A DNA stretch of 64,000 nt from Octopus vulgaris. Taxonomy: Eukaryota. The stretch lies in NCBI GenBank assembly GCA_951406725.2, contig OX597825.1, positions 18,848,001 to 18,912,000 on the forward strand, given 5' to 3'. Both the position numbers and the translations under genes were made by a program. Shown here piece after piece: positions 29,203-43,012 of the stretch (its first letter is position 1; each line of letters begins with the position of its first letter). Below the pieces are notes generated by a model that worked only from the letters and a program-made list of their open reading frames with translations, was not told where the DNA came from and did no database searches.

Positions 29203-29289
29203 TCATTATTATTATCATTATTATTATTATTATTATTATTATATTCATTATTATTATTATTATTATTATTATTAATATTATTATTATTA

Positions 29290-29353
<64 letters not shown>

Positions 29354-29503
29354 CATTATTATTATTATTATTATTGAGTGAGCGAGCAGAGCATGCCATC
29401 AAAGTGACACTGGGGTAAAATATACGAAGCCCAGTATACCCATCATGACTACCCGTCTGATAAGGGTACACCAGGCACATGCATCACAACCATATGTGCG
29501 CGA

Positions 29504-29564
<61 letters not shown>

Positions 29565-29811
29565 ATTATTATTATCATCATTATTATTATATTCATTATT
29601 ATTATTATCATTATTATTATTATTAATATTATAATTATTATTATTATATTCATTATTATTATTATCATTATTATTATTATATTCATTATTATTATTATTA
29701 TTATCATTATTATTATTATCATTATTATCATCATCATCATCATCATCATCATCATTATTATTATTATTATTATTATTAATATTATATTCAATATTATTAT
29801 TATTATTATTA

Positions 29812-29848
<37 letters not shown>

Positions 29849-29884
29849 CATTATATTCATTATTATTATTATTATTATTATTAT

Positions 29885-29934
<50 letters not shown>

Positions 29935-29940
29935 TTACTA
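29135..29940. repeat. Long (ATT/ATC/AGT)n tract interrupted by a 130-bp unclassified repeat (29375-29505)
   Basis: Direct reading. Confidence 0.9.
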
Positions 29941-29972
29941 TTATCATTAGCCTGCCGTGCAAAATGTTTAGC

Positions 29973-30970
29973 GGTATTTCGCCCGTGTTTATGTTCGGAG
30001 TTCTGATTCCGAGGAGGCCAAATTTGCCTTTCATCTTCTCGGAATATCAATTAATTTAGTAACAGTGGAACTTTCAGGACAATGTAATCGACTAGTCTTC
30101 GCGCCTAAAATTTCAGGCCTTGTGTCTATAGTAGAAGGGATTGTTATTATTACTACGTCATAACACAGTCTTTAACCGGAGTCTTTAGTCATCTGTCAAG
30201 TCACAATAAGGAACCCAGACAGATAATACTTTCCTTAAGATGTGCGCTGTTATTATTATTATTTTTATTGAGGCGGCGAGCTGGCAGAAACGTTAGCAGG
30301 CCGGGCGAAATGCTTAGCGGTATTTCGTCTGCGTTACGTTGTGAGTTCAAATTCCGCCGAGGTCAACTTTGCCTTTCATCCTTTCGGGGTCGATAAATTA
30401 AGTACCAGTTACGCACTGGGGTCGATGTAATCGACTTAATACCTATGTCTGTCCTTGTTTATCCCCTCTGTGTTTAGCTCCTTGTGGGTAATAAAGAAAT
30501 AGGTATTTCGCCCGTGTTTACGTCAAATTTGCCTTTCATCTTCTCGGAATATCAATAAATTTAGTAATAGTGGAACTTTCAGGACAATGTAATCGACTAG
30601 TCCTCTCCCCTAAAATGTCAGGCCTTGTGTTTATAGTAGAAGGGATTGTTATTATTACTACATCATAACACAGTATTTAACCGGAGTCTTTAGTCATCTG
30701 TCAAGTCACAATAAGGAAGCCAGACAGATAATACTTTCCGTAAGATATGCACTGTTATTATTATTATTTTTATTGAGGCGGCGAGCTGGCAGAATCGTTA
30801 GCACGCTGGGAGAAATGCGTAGCCGCATTTCGTCTGCCGTTACGTTCTGAGTTCAAATTCCGCCAAGGTCGACTTTGTCTTTCATCCTTTCGCGGTCGAT
30901 AAATTAAGTACCAGTTATCTGTCCTTGTTTGTCCCCTCTGTGTTTAGCCCCTTGTGGATAGTAAAGAAAT
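29973..30970 (+). repeat. Tandem duplication of [old SINE A body + Dong 3' fragment + young SINE A]
   Basis: 29973-30501 is repeated as 30502-30970; the junction is again AAGAAATA|GGTATTTCG. Confidence 0.9.
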
Positions 30971-31014
30971 AATAATAATAATAATAATAATAATTATCAT
31001 TATTATTATTAATC

Positions 31015-32505
31015 TGGATGTTTCTTACAATCACGGATCTTTTCCATCTTAAACACAGATAATTTAATTAATTTCTTTTCTTTTTCTTTTTTTTGGGGGG
31101 ATTAAACTCTTTGAAATTTCGGATAGTGTTTGAATGTGTCAGTTATTTCGTGTTAAAGTTGTCGTACTTGGGTAATTTTAACCAATCAATGACGTGTAAT
31201 CAGCTGAAGAAAGTTACTGCTGCTGTTTGCGAACAGCAACTTCCGGGTCCATTGACAAAACGATGAATCTTACACAACAAGAATTTAAATTGAAAATCTC
31301 TCCTAACAAAAAACAGAGATGTTTCTAAAGCAATATATATGAGAAAATAGCAGCCAAAGTATCCCCTACCTAAATCACACGCCCATTCTACGTAATGTTC
31401 TATATCATCCCTAAAAAGACGGTTTGTTGAAGGCTGGAATGGCCTTGATGATAGGTTTGTTGTATCAGGGTTGATTTGATGCTAAATAACAACAAAATTA
31501 TTACTGAGACAGACCAACGACGAAGCTTGTGGGTCGTTGCATGACCTGCTTGAAAAGTAGCCAAACTTTCTAATATACAGAACAGAAAAACCTCTATTCT
31601 GTGATATACACATTATGTCTGGGAAGAAAGACGGAATGTTCACAGTTGGGACGTCTTTGATCATATCTGTTCGATCAGATCCAACTCGGGACTAAAAAAT
31701 CAGGTGACGAAGGGAACGAGACGAAGCAACCATAGAGCCTTTACCTGGTCGCTCGAGTTACTAGAAAGAGCAACTAAATCTTCTTGACAAAAACAAAAAT
31801 GAAATTTCCGTCTTCAAAAAAAAAGGAATAAATAAAGCAAATTTATAGTATTTTATAATGTTCACATAGGAATTCAATACGTCTAGAAAATAATAAGACA
31901 AAATGGTCATGGCTGGAACGCCTTTTTTCATAGTTCCATATTCCAAATATTGGGATTCCCTTGACTGGCGAAATTTATTCAGATTTTCGTATGAAATAAA
32001 TAGAAAATGTTATGGGAACTCGGTACATATTATGCCTAATATCCAGTATTGTACGGACGTAGCTTCACGATTCTTGTCAATCTCAGCACAGATTTATTAA
32101 TTAATTTTTTTTTAACTAAAGAGTTTGAAACTTCGGATACTGGTTGAATGTATCAGAGGTTTTTCTATTCAGTATATAAAAAAAGTTTGGCTACTTTTTC
32201 TAGTAGGACATGCAACCACATACAGGCTCCATCGATGGTCTGTCTCATTAATAATTTTGTAAAAATCATCAGCCGGTAGTTGTTGTTCGCAAACAGCAGC
32301 AGTAACACGTCATTGATTGGTTAACATTACCCAAATAGGACAACTTTAGCACGAAATAACTTCTAAAATACAAAATTTTGTCAAAAACGTTAAGAGTAAA
32401 CCCTGTTCTACGTGATACATTCAACCAGTATCCTAAGTTTCAAAGTGTTTATTTTTTAAAAAAATAATTAAAAAATCCGTGCTTGAGATGGAAAGACACA
32501 CCCAG
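31015..32505. mobile_element. Foldback element(s) related to 26370-27346, enclosing about 3 old SINE-like fragments
   Basis: 31141-31250 is the reverse complement of 32270-32362; extra left-arm copy at 32040-32155. Confidence 0.7.
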
Positions 32506-32730
32506 CTTCGTAGGGTAGTGAAGGACAGGAGATGTTACTGAAAGTTTGGGAGGGCAAGTGGCAGGCGCAGTAGCGAAATATTTTCATGTAATACAACACA
32601 GATATTTAAATTGCTAGGGTGTTTCTAAGGTTGAGGGCAGTATTTGTCAGCACAATCTCTGAGATATGGTTCTGAGATGTTATCTAGATGTTTTTTACAT
32701 TCCTTCCTTATCATTCCTAGAGGAGCTACA

Positions 32731-32765
<35 letters not shown>

Positions 32766-32769
32766 GAAA

Positions 32770-33257
32770 GCCTCAGAGATAGTTCTTAATTGCCGGGTGT
32801 TCTTTACTTGAAAGCAGGCAACAACAAATCACCAAAGGTGTTAGGTATTACCTCCTCCAGTCACTTAAAGAGACAATCTCTCCTTAGAATGTGAGATGTA
32901 CCCAACAATACTGGCTTCTGGATCACTTCGAGAAGGTTTTTCAAAACCCTTAGAAACTGCTCCGAATGCTCCAATTACCACAGGTATCACCATTTCTTTC
33001 CTCATGCCTCATAACTTTCCTACCTAATGCCGCAGTGGTTGGTATTTCTTAATCTTTTCTGTTTCCTTACATTTCAACCTCAAATCGCCTGGTATTGCAG
33101 CATGTATTATCTCTACTTCGTTTTCATCTTTATGGGATGAGCAAGATATCTGGTTATCTCGCCTTAATGGTCGCACTGCATGTTAAAATCCCAGAGTATT
33201 TTGTAATGTTCGTTTCCATTACTCCCTCTGGATTGTTTATATCATTGTTCGGCTCTC
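32770..33257 (-). mobile_element. Decayed R4/Dong LINE 3' fragment
   Basis: VIPVVIGAFGAVSK motif; (TAA)n at the 3' side (32731-32764). Confidence 0.75.
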
Positions 33258-34464
33258 TCTAGGTTTGTTTTACCGCACAACAGCCAGTGGACATATCTGG
33301 CCACAGTGTTGTGTCGCCCTTTATATTCGTGTTGTGCGATCTTGCGGCACTCACTAACAATACGGTTTCTACTTTCTCCCTTCTCAGAACACATCCTACA
33401 TTGTTGCGAGTCACTGCTTTACTCCCCTTGACATTTCGTCTGTCTTTATGTTCTGAGTTCAAATTCCACCGCTGTTGACTTTGCCTTGGCTCGTGTCACT
33501 AACATTTCTTAATCATTTATTTGCTTTCAACCCAAGCATTATAATGTGCTTTTTCGCTCTTCCTTAGTGCTGTACAATGGTTCATGAATGTTCACGATCA
33601 CACGGGAATTTATAAAAGTCCACGAGAATCTATAAACGTTCACATTGATCTATAAATATCTATATGAATAATAATATCATTCCTTCATATTTCTGATTTT
33701 AGCGCTAAATAAATATTAGTTTTATCTCAGCTTCTGGGAAAGAACCTATTTTTATATAAATATAATGAAACAAGTATCTACGACTTTCACATGGACATTA
33801 TAGTAACTGAAGTATTTGATCTGTACTGGCTGTAATGGAGATTGCGCAGTATTTCGATTTGTAGCAAATTAGCATTTGCTAATGTTATCTTATAATTTAC
33901 CAATGTTAATTTTATAAAGCGAGTGCTTTAAATAATCAAAGATTTCGAAGGTAAGTGTGAATATAATTGGAGCTTTTACGACAGAATTTGAAGAGTTCAT
34001 GTTAATACTATTGATGAGGGAATGTGTGGGATGGAGAGATAAGACGAGAAAATGTAGACAGACAGAAATAACCAGATATAGACAGACAGATTTGGGAGAT
34101 TGTAAAGCAACAGTTGCACTCAAGACGTAATTACGTTTGAACAAATTCATGCCGTGTTTAAATAAATATATAAATAAAATCAACATTAGCTTTGGAGGGA
34201 AACACAATAATTGAGAAACGAGGCTACCAGATACCAGCAATAATTATAAACTATAAATAATAAATATATTGATGATTGCATATATGTGGTATGTGAGACG
34301 GGGAGTATAAGTGTAAAATGTTCTGCTGAATTCCGTGTCAACTTGTGTATCTAATGTCAGTCACATGGTTTACATTTCTGTGAGCATATACTTTAAGTGT
34401 GTTTGCAGAACGTGGCCAACAGATTGGTCTATGCTGAATATATTTGTAATCCTTTCATTTCACT

Positions 34465-34920
34465 GTAAGCAAAGGGCCTGAAATTTTCCGGAAAGGTGAT
34501 AGTGACTACATTAGCCCCAATACTTTGTATGGCACTTATTTTGTCGACTCCAAAATCATGAAACGCAAAGATGAACCCGGAGGACATGGAAATCTGAAAG
34601 TAAGGACAAAACGAATACCTATTTCTTTAATACTCACAAGAGGCTAAACACAGAGAGGACAAACAAGGACAGAGAAACGGATTAAGTCGATTACATCGAC
34701 ACCAGTGCGTAACTGGTACTTATTAAATCGACCACGAAAAGATGGAAGGCATAGTCGACCTCGGCGGAATTTGAACTCAGAACGTAGCCGCTGACGAAAT
34801 ACTACTATGTATTACGCCCGGCGTGCTAACGATTCTGGCAGCTTGCCGCCTTATAAGGGCAAAACGAATACCGGTAAATATTTTTCCTGCCGTGCTAACT
34901 ATTCTACCAACACGCTCCTT
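34465..34920 (-). mobile_element. Young full-length SINE A (34620-34853) nested in an old SINE A, with 19-bp TSD
   Basis: TAAGG(A/G)CAAAACGAATACC at 34601-34619 and 34854-34872; old head at 34873-34920, old body and tail at 34465-34600. Confidence 0.9.
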
Positions 34921-36629
34921 TAATACATTTATAATATAATTTCTTCACTGCCTCTCACTGAGAGTCCTTGAATCAAAACGAAATAGATTTTTTTTTTAAT
35001 GGGATAAAATAAGAAATGTCAAAGGTAGTGGAGTGCGTAGGCATTGAAAATTTTCCCGAATGGTAGCCATTAATTTTGACGCCTGAGCAGATGCTTTTGT
35101 AATTTTCTTAATCTTGCACGTAATTCTAGTTCTAAAGACTAATTCCAAATCGATTCCAAAGAGTTAATCCAGTCTGAATATTTAGACAGATCACCCAACC
35201 CAAACTCAAGCCAGCTCTCTGCTAATCCATTCACGATGTATCAGAAGAGGTCGTTATTATTGGAGACGAATTTGCTGCGGATTGTATTAGTGTGTGATTC
35301 TCTGTTGAAACCATTGATGACAAAAACACATTTTTTTTTGTATTTTTTCGTTATCAGGTTAGAATTCATTATATTACATCTATGGCTTTTATATTCTTTG
35401 GAATGGATTTCGCCTTTTGAAAAGATAAAATTACAGCATGTTATCGAAAACAAATAGCTTTTTCGGGTACTTTGGAAATTTGGGTAAGTAGAAAATTTGT
35501 CGCAGTTATTGTGATTCTTCTTTTATAACTTCGCAAACGAAATAAAGTTTTAATACTTTTTTGAGGGTCGGCCAAAAAATACGTTTTCAAGGTTTTGTAA
35601 ACAAAAGCATATGACAGTAAAACTTCTGAAGAATGGAGAATGCAATTAGAATATACCCCCATAATAAAAACACTAAATTTGTTTCCAATTTTTAATCATC
35701 CTTATAGTTTTATTTCTAGAAATAGCCTGGAAATTTCGTAGCTTGACAGAAGATACTTCGTCTAAAGAATTTCGATAGGCATTTAAAGAGTATTTGAAAT
35801 ATGATGTGAAAGTGTGTACTGTTACAAGAATAATAACTATTAAAATGTTCTGCAATTTATCCTGTATTTCTATCGTCATCATTAATAAATTAGAAGATGA
35901 ATTTGGTTTTAATTTCTATTTAGAGTTTTTTGTTTGATACTTCACTCATTATATATGATTATATTTGGAAAAATTGGATTGTGTAATACTTTTGTTCAGC
36001 ATTTCACTTATTTATTCATACGTCGATTGTATGATTCAGTATTTGTTTTTATATATATTCAACTTTTGACTCACTGGAATACCAGTCATCCGCTCTTCAA
36101 TAAGAGTTAAATCTAATTTTTTTCTAAGAAGATAAAACTCCATTTCACAGCCACAATTCTTTTCTATGTTTATATATTCAGCCTAGCCGTGATTGAAGAT
36201 TTTAGACGATTATTTTATATTTGTAATAGTTGAGAAGAAAATCTCTGATCTATTTACATTAGCATTATAATTAATTATAATTATAATTATAGCTGAGTCA
36301 TACTTATTTCAGCGAGTTTCAGTTGTGTTTGTTCAGAATCATTACAGAGTGATATGTCTTACTTTTAATCAATTTAATAGTTTAATAAGACAAGTAAAAA
36401 AGAAACAAGCCAAATGAAACATTTAAAAAATAACCCCTTGTAGTGAAGGAGACGATCAAAAAAAAAAAATGTCGTTGATAAGAATGGTGATTTTTATCAG
36501 ACAATTCAACTGAAAACTTATTTTGTGACGTAGGTTATTGTATATTAGCGTCAAAAAAACACACTGCTATCAATTTCGCTTTGTGCTTTGAAACAAACTG
36601 ATAAATATTTATACATCATTCCCTTTTTC

Positions 36630-37360
36630 ACGGGAAGAACAATTTACACTGCATAGACACATGTGATGAAGATCTATACTGCAGATCCTTAAGAATCAAT
36701 TTTGCTGCATGTAGAAAATATAGACCGCCATGTTCTTTCGATGTCTGATTCAGTGTACAGCTGCTATATTCATCTGAGAATTTGTCCGGTTTATTTCCCG
36801 CCTTTCGTCGCATAAACACTTTTTCCCTTTTTAGGCACAGTAATTGCTATTACTGTATTGTCTCAGTTTGTTCCTCATTGTCGCAATCTGATTGTATGAC
36901 GATACAGGGAAAGGTTTCAAGGTCATCTGGTCCATGAACTGAGATTGGGGTGTGTTTTCGATTATTCTGAGATCTACAATCAATCACAAACTAGAGACAG
37001 TCGTCTCTAGCGTCTGCTATCATTATTACCCCCGTTTTTACAGATATTCTGAAGAGAAAGCTCTCATGTATTTCTTGCAGTACATACATAGCAAATGGGT
37101 TTTCTGCCTTGTTATATCAGTCTAAATCTATCCTTTCTTTGTTAATAATGACAAACAGATACAGAATAGGTCTGTGGTTTTCGTCAGCATCAGGAGTTGT
37201 ATTTCAGTGTAGAAATTATATCCATATCACTTTTCAATTAACCTTCACACTCAGTACATATCAAGTGTGTGCAGTAAGTATCTACATCACTTCTAATGTA
37301 TCCTGCCGTAATATTCGCATTCCGTCTCCCCATATATTGAACCAACATCACGTGGACGTA
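36630..37360 (-). pseudogene. Highly decayed coding-like relic, possibly an Academ-like DNA transposase
   Basis: Fragments SDMDIISTLKYNS and LHAAKLILKDL resemble motifs I recall from such transposases; many stops; recognition from memory only. Confidence 0.3.
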
Positions 37361-38149
37361 TAGATGTGACAGTAACCACACTTTTACTTCTTCTGATCCT
37401 CCAGTTTAAAGGCAAGGAACACGTTTTCGTAAGCCGCGCCATGGTTGATGGAAGTTAGATCTTAGTACACGTCGGCCAGTACTTTATCCAACAGTTCTTT
37501 GTACGCATATTAAAGCACTCTTCTTTTGGTAATGCAGAAGGCAATTTCACTTTTTGTTCTTATTTTTCAAATTATTTGTCGGAAAAAATGCTCTGCTCTT
37601 TACAACGTACCTCACCCACGGACTTTACTTTTTTCCTGGAGTCTACCTACGCACATTCTTTATTTCTGGTTATTTAGTTATGGTTACATGTTTGTGTCAA
37701 CGTGCAAATGTTTGTTTTGGTATGATGTTTGTGTAGTAGCTACTTTTGAAGTTTCTGTTTAAATTTTATAAGCCGTAAATTTCTTTTGATTGCATGAATG
37801 TTGTTTCAGCTTTCACGGTATACGTCTTCGGATAATATTTCAATAAATGGCACATTTACAAATATTTGCTGAAATTAGCTGACTGCAAACATATTCAATA
37901 TATAAATTCATTTTCTTGCTGAAAAAGTTTACGCAAAAACGCAAAATAAAATGAATCTACTCTGAAAACTAAAACAATCTTTTTTAGAAACACATGGACA
38001 GGATACAGCTAGTTCCGACAAATTAATCAGTATATGAGAGACATGAGTTGACACTGAAACGGTAATGATAAGAGCGTAAATGAGGCGGGACCTTTACAGA
38101 AAAGGCCTCTCGCTCGGTAGTAGTTGAGTTCAGTTGTAGACTGACCTTA

Positions 38150-41135
38150 GTCGTTATTCTAAGACAGCATCAGTACATACCAAAGTAATGAGAAGGGATA
38201 GCACTACAAATCAGGAAGGTAAAAGGTGATACCAGCAGTTTAGCGGAGAAATATCAGATTTTAGATGAGTTGAAAGAAGTAATGTGTAACAAAGAAAGAA
38301 ATTATTAACAGCATTAAAGGGTGCCAATAGAGGGAAATTGCTATACATTACAAGGGAAGAAGATTTTGTTATCAGTAGGATAGATACTAAAAATATAAAT
38401 GACGCTAGCTTATTACTTTCAGTAGAGGTAGTAGTTAGTAGCAGATATTAATTCACCAAGGAAATAATAGGAAGGAACAGATGTAGAAAATGAACGTAGA
38501 AAATAAAGTGAAGACTTTAAGCCAATATCTGAATGTAATGGAAATCTGGATACAGAACAAGTTAGAAAACATAGGATTTAAATCTACTCTTAAGAAAACA
38601 ATTCTTAATCAAAGAGAAAGGATTTGGAATACTCATGAAAGAGCTGAAACATCGCATTATAGTAATAGCAGGCAAGCTTTCCAGCTATCAGAAATAAATA
38701 GATCAGTATCAACAGACGATATTGTTTGAGACAAAAGAGGAGATTTTATCACCAAATAAATAGTGTATAAGAAACTACTAAAAATGAGAAGACTAATGCA
38801 GAAGAAGCTAGAACAGTTCTGTGGTGATAAGCTGGTTAATCATAAAGGAGATTCAGCATGGTTAGAGAAAGTGAGTTACGAAGTAGTTAGTGAAATGCAC
38901 CCAGATCTACAACCAAGTAGTGCATTAAGGAGTAGTATTAGAAAGGATGCCGAATCGTAAGGGCCCAGAAGCAGATTCGGTGTAAGGGTAATGGTTAAGC
39001 AAATTTAGTAGCTTGCATGGGCGACTGAGGGAAAAATTTCGGGATTACTTGAATCGAGGAGTCGTACCAAATTGGATGACTAGAGGGAGAAGGGTGCTAC
39101 TTATGAAAGACAAAATCAAGAGCAATATAGCTAGTAATTATCGACCAATTACTTGTTTACAATTAGTGTGAAAGCTGTTAACAGGAATACTCTCAGGAAA
39201 CATTTATAAGCACCATGGCAGCCATAAGGTATTGCCAGAATAACAGAAAGGTTGCAGGAAAAAGACTAGAAGAACGTATGACTTATTATACATTGATTCA
39301 GTAGTTCTAAAAGAAGTGAAATCTGGAAAGCAAAACCTAACAATGGCGTGGTAGATTTTAAGAAATCCTATGACATGAGTCCACACTCATAGATAGGTGA
39401 ATGCTTGAGAATATTTCGTATTGCAGACAACGTACGAGTGTTAATTACAAATAGCATGAAGAAATAGAAGGTAGATATTTACTAAGGTGATCCAGACTTA
39501 GGGAAAGTTAGTATCAAGAGATGAGTTCGCCAGGGAGACTCGTTATCCCCTTTATTATCTGTGTTACGCTTAATCTCACTCAGTTTAGTTTTTAGGAATG
39601 TAAATGCAGGGTATAAGTTTAATAATTGTGATGGAAAATTAAGTATTTGCTCTACATTGATGATCGGAAATTTTTTGTAAGAAGAAGAAAACAATTGGTA
39701 GATTCTTTAATACAGACTGTAAGACTTCAGCAAAGATGTATTGCGAAGTATTGGTCATAAAAAAGTGACAGATAGTCAGCAGAGAGGGCATTCAATTACC
39801 AGATCGCCAGACATTGAAATCACTGAAAGAAGGAGTAAGTTATAAGTATCTAGAAATATTAGAATCTGACAGAGTACTATCTATAGAAAATTGAGGAGTA
39901 CATCAGGAGGGAGAGGAAGTTGATGAAGTCAAAGCTAAACTGTTAGAATCTAGTAAAGGCTGTAAATACTTGAGCAGAACCGTTACTCAGAGGATCAGCA
40001 GGTTTTGTAGACTTGAGAAAATCTAAATTAGCTAAACTAGACAGAAGAACTAGGAAAGAGTTCAACATAAATGAAGAATTTCATAAAAAGTGCAGGAGGA
40101 GCAAGAAGGTATTTACCTACAAAGAAGGTGATAGAGGTTTAATATCAGTAGAAATCCGTGTCGAGTTAGCTAGATTTGATATAGCCTCCTTTATAGGTAA
40201 TAGTGAGTAAATTTTATGAAGAGCCTCTAGCGTAACAGTAGCAGATAGGGAAACCATGAAGGCAATTGTAGTTAAAAAGCAGAAAAAAAAAACAAGATTA
40301 TCTGACTGGCAAGTGATGACTTTGCATGGTAGATTTCCAAAGAAAGTGGCAGAAAATAGAAACAATGAAACATGGTTACGGTTGCAGGAATGAAGGCTGG
40401 AAATGGAGAGAAGTTTGTTAGTAGCAGCACATGATCAGATACTAAGGAGTACCTGGATAATACTCAAGATAGACAAAATCCAGGTAGATTCCGATTGTAG
40501 GTTATGTAAATGAAAGGAGGAATGTGTTACTCATATACTTAATAAATGTAGTGTGCAGGCACAGAAATAATGCAAGAAAAGATATGTCAACCTAGGGAAA
40601 ATAATCCATTAGGAGTTATGTAGAAATCTCAGATTTGAACATACTGATAAGAGGCATGAACATGAACCTAGTAAATTGCTAGAAAGTAAGGAAGATAAGA
40701 TATTTGGGGGTTTTAACAGTCAAACTGACAGAGTAATAAAACCTAGAAGGTTGATTTAAGTAGTAGTAGTTGTAGACAAAGAGAGCAAAATGTGCTATGT
40801 AATTGACTTGACAGTCCCAAATGACGAGAAAGTCAATATAAGAAGTATAGAAAAGGCAGGAGATTACCAGGACTTAACCATTGAAGTACAGATACTATGG
40901 AAAGTTCGGGTAAAATGTATCCCAGTAGTTATAGGTGCATTACGAACTATTTCTAAAGATTTGAACAGGTGAATAGGGGAAATACATATGTAAAGCCTAG
41001 TTTAGTGCAGCTTCAGAAAAACGGATGAAGGTCCTTGGCAGTTAATGTTACGTGTTGTAATCCGATATTAGGAATTTTTCAACAGTCTATTCTGTTGTGC
41101 GTAAATGAGATAATAATAATGATGATGATGATGAT
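38150..41135 (+). mobile_element. Long, decayed R4/Dong-clade LINE (RT + CCHC + restriction-like endonuclease)
   Basis: SNYRPITCL, QGDSLSPLL, SYKYL, CRLC..HIL..C, IDLTVPND and IPVVIGAL; ends in TAA/TGA repeats; numerous stops. Confidence 0.92.
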
Positions 41136-41557
41136 GACAACGACGACGAGGTGGGGAGCAGGAGGTGCAGGATTGTTCTTGTTTCTTTGCATCGAGAGAA
41201 TATTAGGATAATGAGAGTCTACCAATACACGGTACCAATGAACAAATTAATGTATGCTGCCCTTTAGCTATATCATATATTATAGTGAATGCTATATATA
41301 ACAGACAGATGGAAATATCTCCTCTCTATATACAGTATCTTAGTGGAGAAATTAGAGACGTTAGCTGGTGAACTTTCAGTCCTGTAATGGGATTTCCTCA
41401 GATGTAGTGTAGACGCTTTATGCTTCTTCACAAAGACACTGCTTATAATCGTAATATTATGATTTGCTTACGTATTTCATAGGTTGATATGCATGTTTAA
41501 CACATTTTCTTAACTGCATGCGTATTAATCCTGTTTTTCTCTTTCAAATTCTATAAC

Positions 41558-41719
41558 TACTAAAGAATATATTCATAAATTTTAACTACTATTGCTTGGA
41601 GTAAACAATGGTAAACTCCTCATCTTTACATACTAAAACGAAGGAAACAGTAACAGTCGCACTAAATTAAATCCCGTATTGGGAATAGTAGTTAAAATTT
41701 ATGTATATATTCTCTAGTA
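41558..41719. mobile_element. 162-bp MITE with ~36-bp terminal inverted repeats
   Basis: TACTAAAGAATATATTCATAAATTTTAACTACTATT versus AATAGTAGTTAAAATTTATGTATATATTCTCTAGTA; TA at both ends. Confidence 0.75.
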
Positions 41720-42702
41720 TATACAGTCCATCAATATATTGTACATAAAAACATATTTATATACATATATTACATAGTGTTGGCTAAAACCTATAGCTAT
41801 ACTCTTTTGCACAGTATGGAAGTGAAACAAAACATTAATATAGTAGTAAATTATTAACCGTGCGAATTGTCAAAATTGTGTCATATGTGAATTGATTCAT
41901 TCGAGTTACTTAAGCCTGTAGTATTAATAATTATTATAAGCTGTGTATCAGTGGACGTTTCAAGAGATACTCAATTGCCAATGAAAATTTAAAAGAGGAT
42001 AGATAAATATCTCAATGACAGCACGATTTCTATTCACAGATGTATATTATGTAAAGACATTTTAGATCTCTGTAAACAAGGGTCAGTATTCCTGTTATTT
42101 AAGTACATTGATCCAGTGGTCACTTTGACCATAAAGACGCAAGCAAGGCAAAACATCGGTGCTTCGAACACACAGAGTCTGAGAGAAGTTGTTCTACAAC
42201 GATGAAATATAACGACAGTTTGCATATTGAGCTTCAAATATTAACAACGAAGTCTTAAATCATTATTTTGTCTCCCGTTCTTCTTCGTGAAAACTGTAAT
42301 TTATTATCCAGACACTGTTTTACATTTAATTCTGCTTTATTATTTACGGTTTCACAGAAAAGACCATTGTTCCCCTCCTCCATTGAAATTCTCCTTCACA
42401 ATGTGATTCGTTTAGCAATGTGTATTTTGCATATTTTCATTACGAAGTATATGTTGAATTTCTTTACCCTATTTTAAAGTAATCAGAAACCGAAACTGAA
42501 TCATATTTAGTATATAACTTTAGGCTATCCATGAAGAAGAGATGGTTGATGAGCCTGCTTAACCCTTCATGAAATGTAAGAAATTGGGGGTCAAAGAAAA
42601 CAACAGAGAACTATATTTGCTATCGATAGAGAGCACCGATAGATTTTACAGCAATACATAGTAAACCAGATCAGACAAAATTAAGTGAACTTATATAATT
42701 GG

Positions 42703-43012
42703 TGGAGGCGCAATGGCCCAGTGGTTAGTGCAGCGGACTCGCGGTCGGAGGATCGCAGTTTCGATTTCCAGACCGGGCGTTGTGTGTGTTTATTGAGCGA
42801 AAACACCTAAAGCTCCACGAGTCTCCGGTAGGGGGTGGTGGTGACCCCTGCTGTGCTCTTTCGCTCCAAACTTTCTCTCGGTCTTTCTTCCTGTTTCTTG
42901 GGTAACGCTGCGATGGACCTTGACACGTCCAGCTGAGGAGGGGGCGCGTATATGCCACAGAAACCGGGGAAACGGACCTATGGGCCTGGCTAGGCTTGAA
43001 AAGGGCGCAAAA
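42703..43012 (+). mobile_element. SINE family C head with an alternative 3' module
   Basis: Matches 1690-1883 up to TTCTTCCTGTTTCT, then an unrelated tail. Confidence 0.85.

Noticed and set aside
28917-29480. 187-aa poly-Asn ORF as a gene
   Set aside because: It is a chimera of an unclassified repeat, (TAA)n and a Dong LINE C-terminus.
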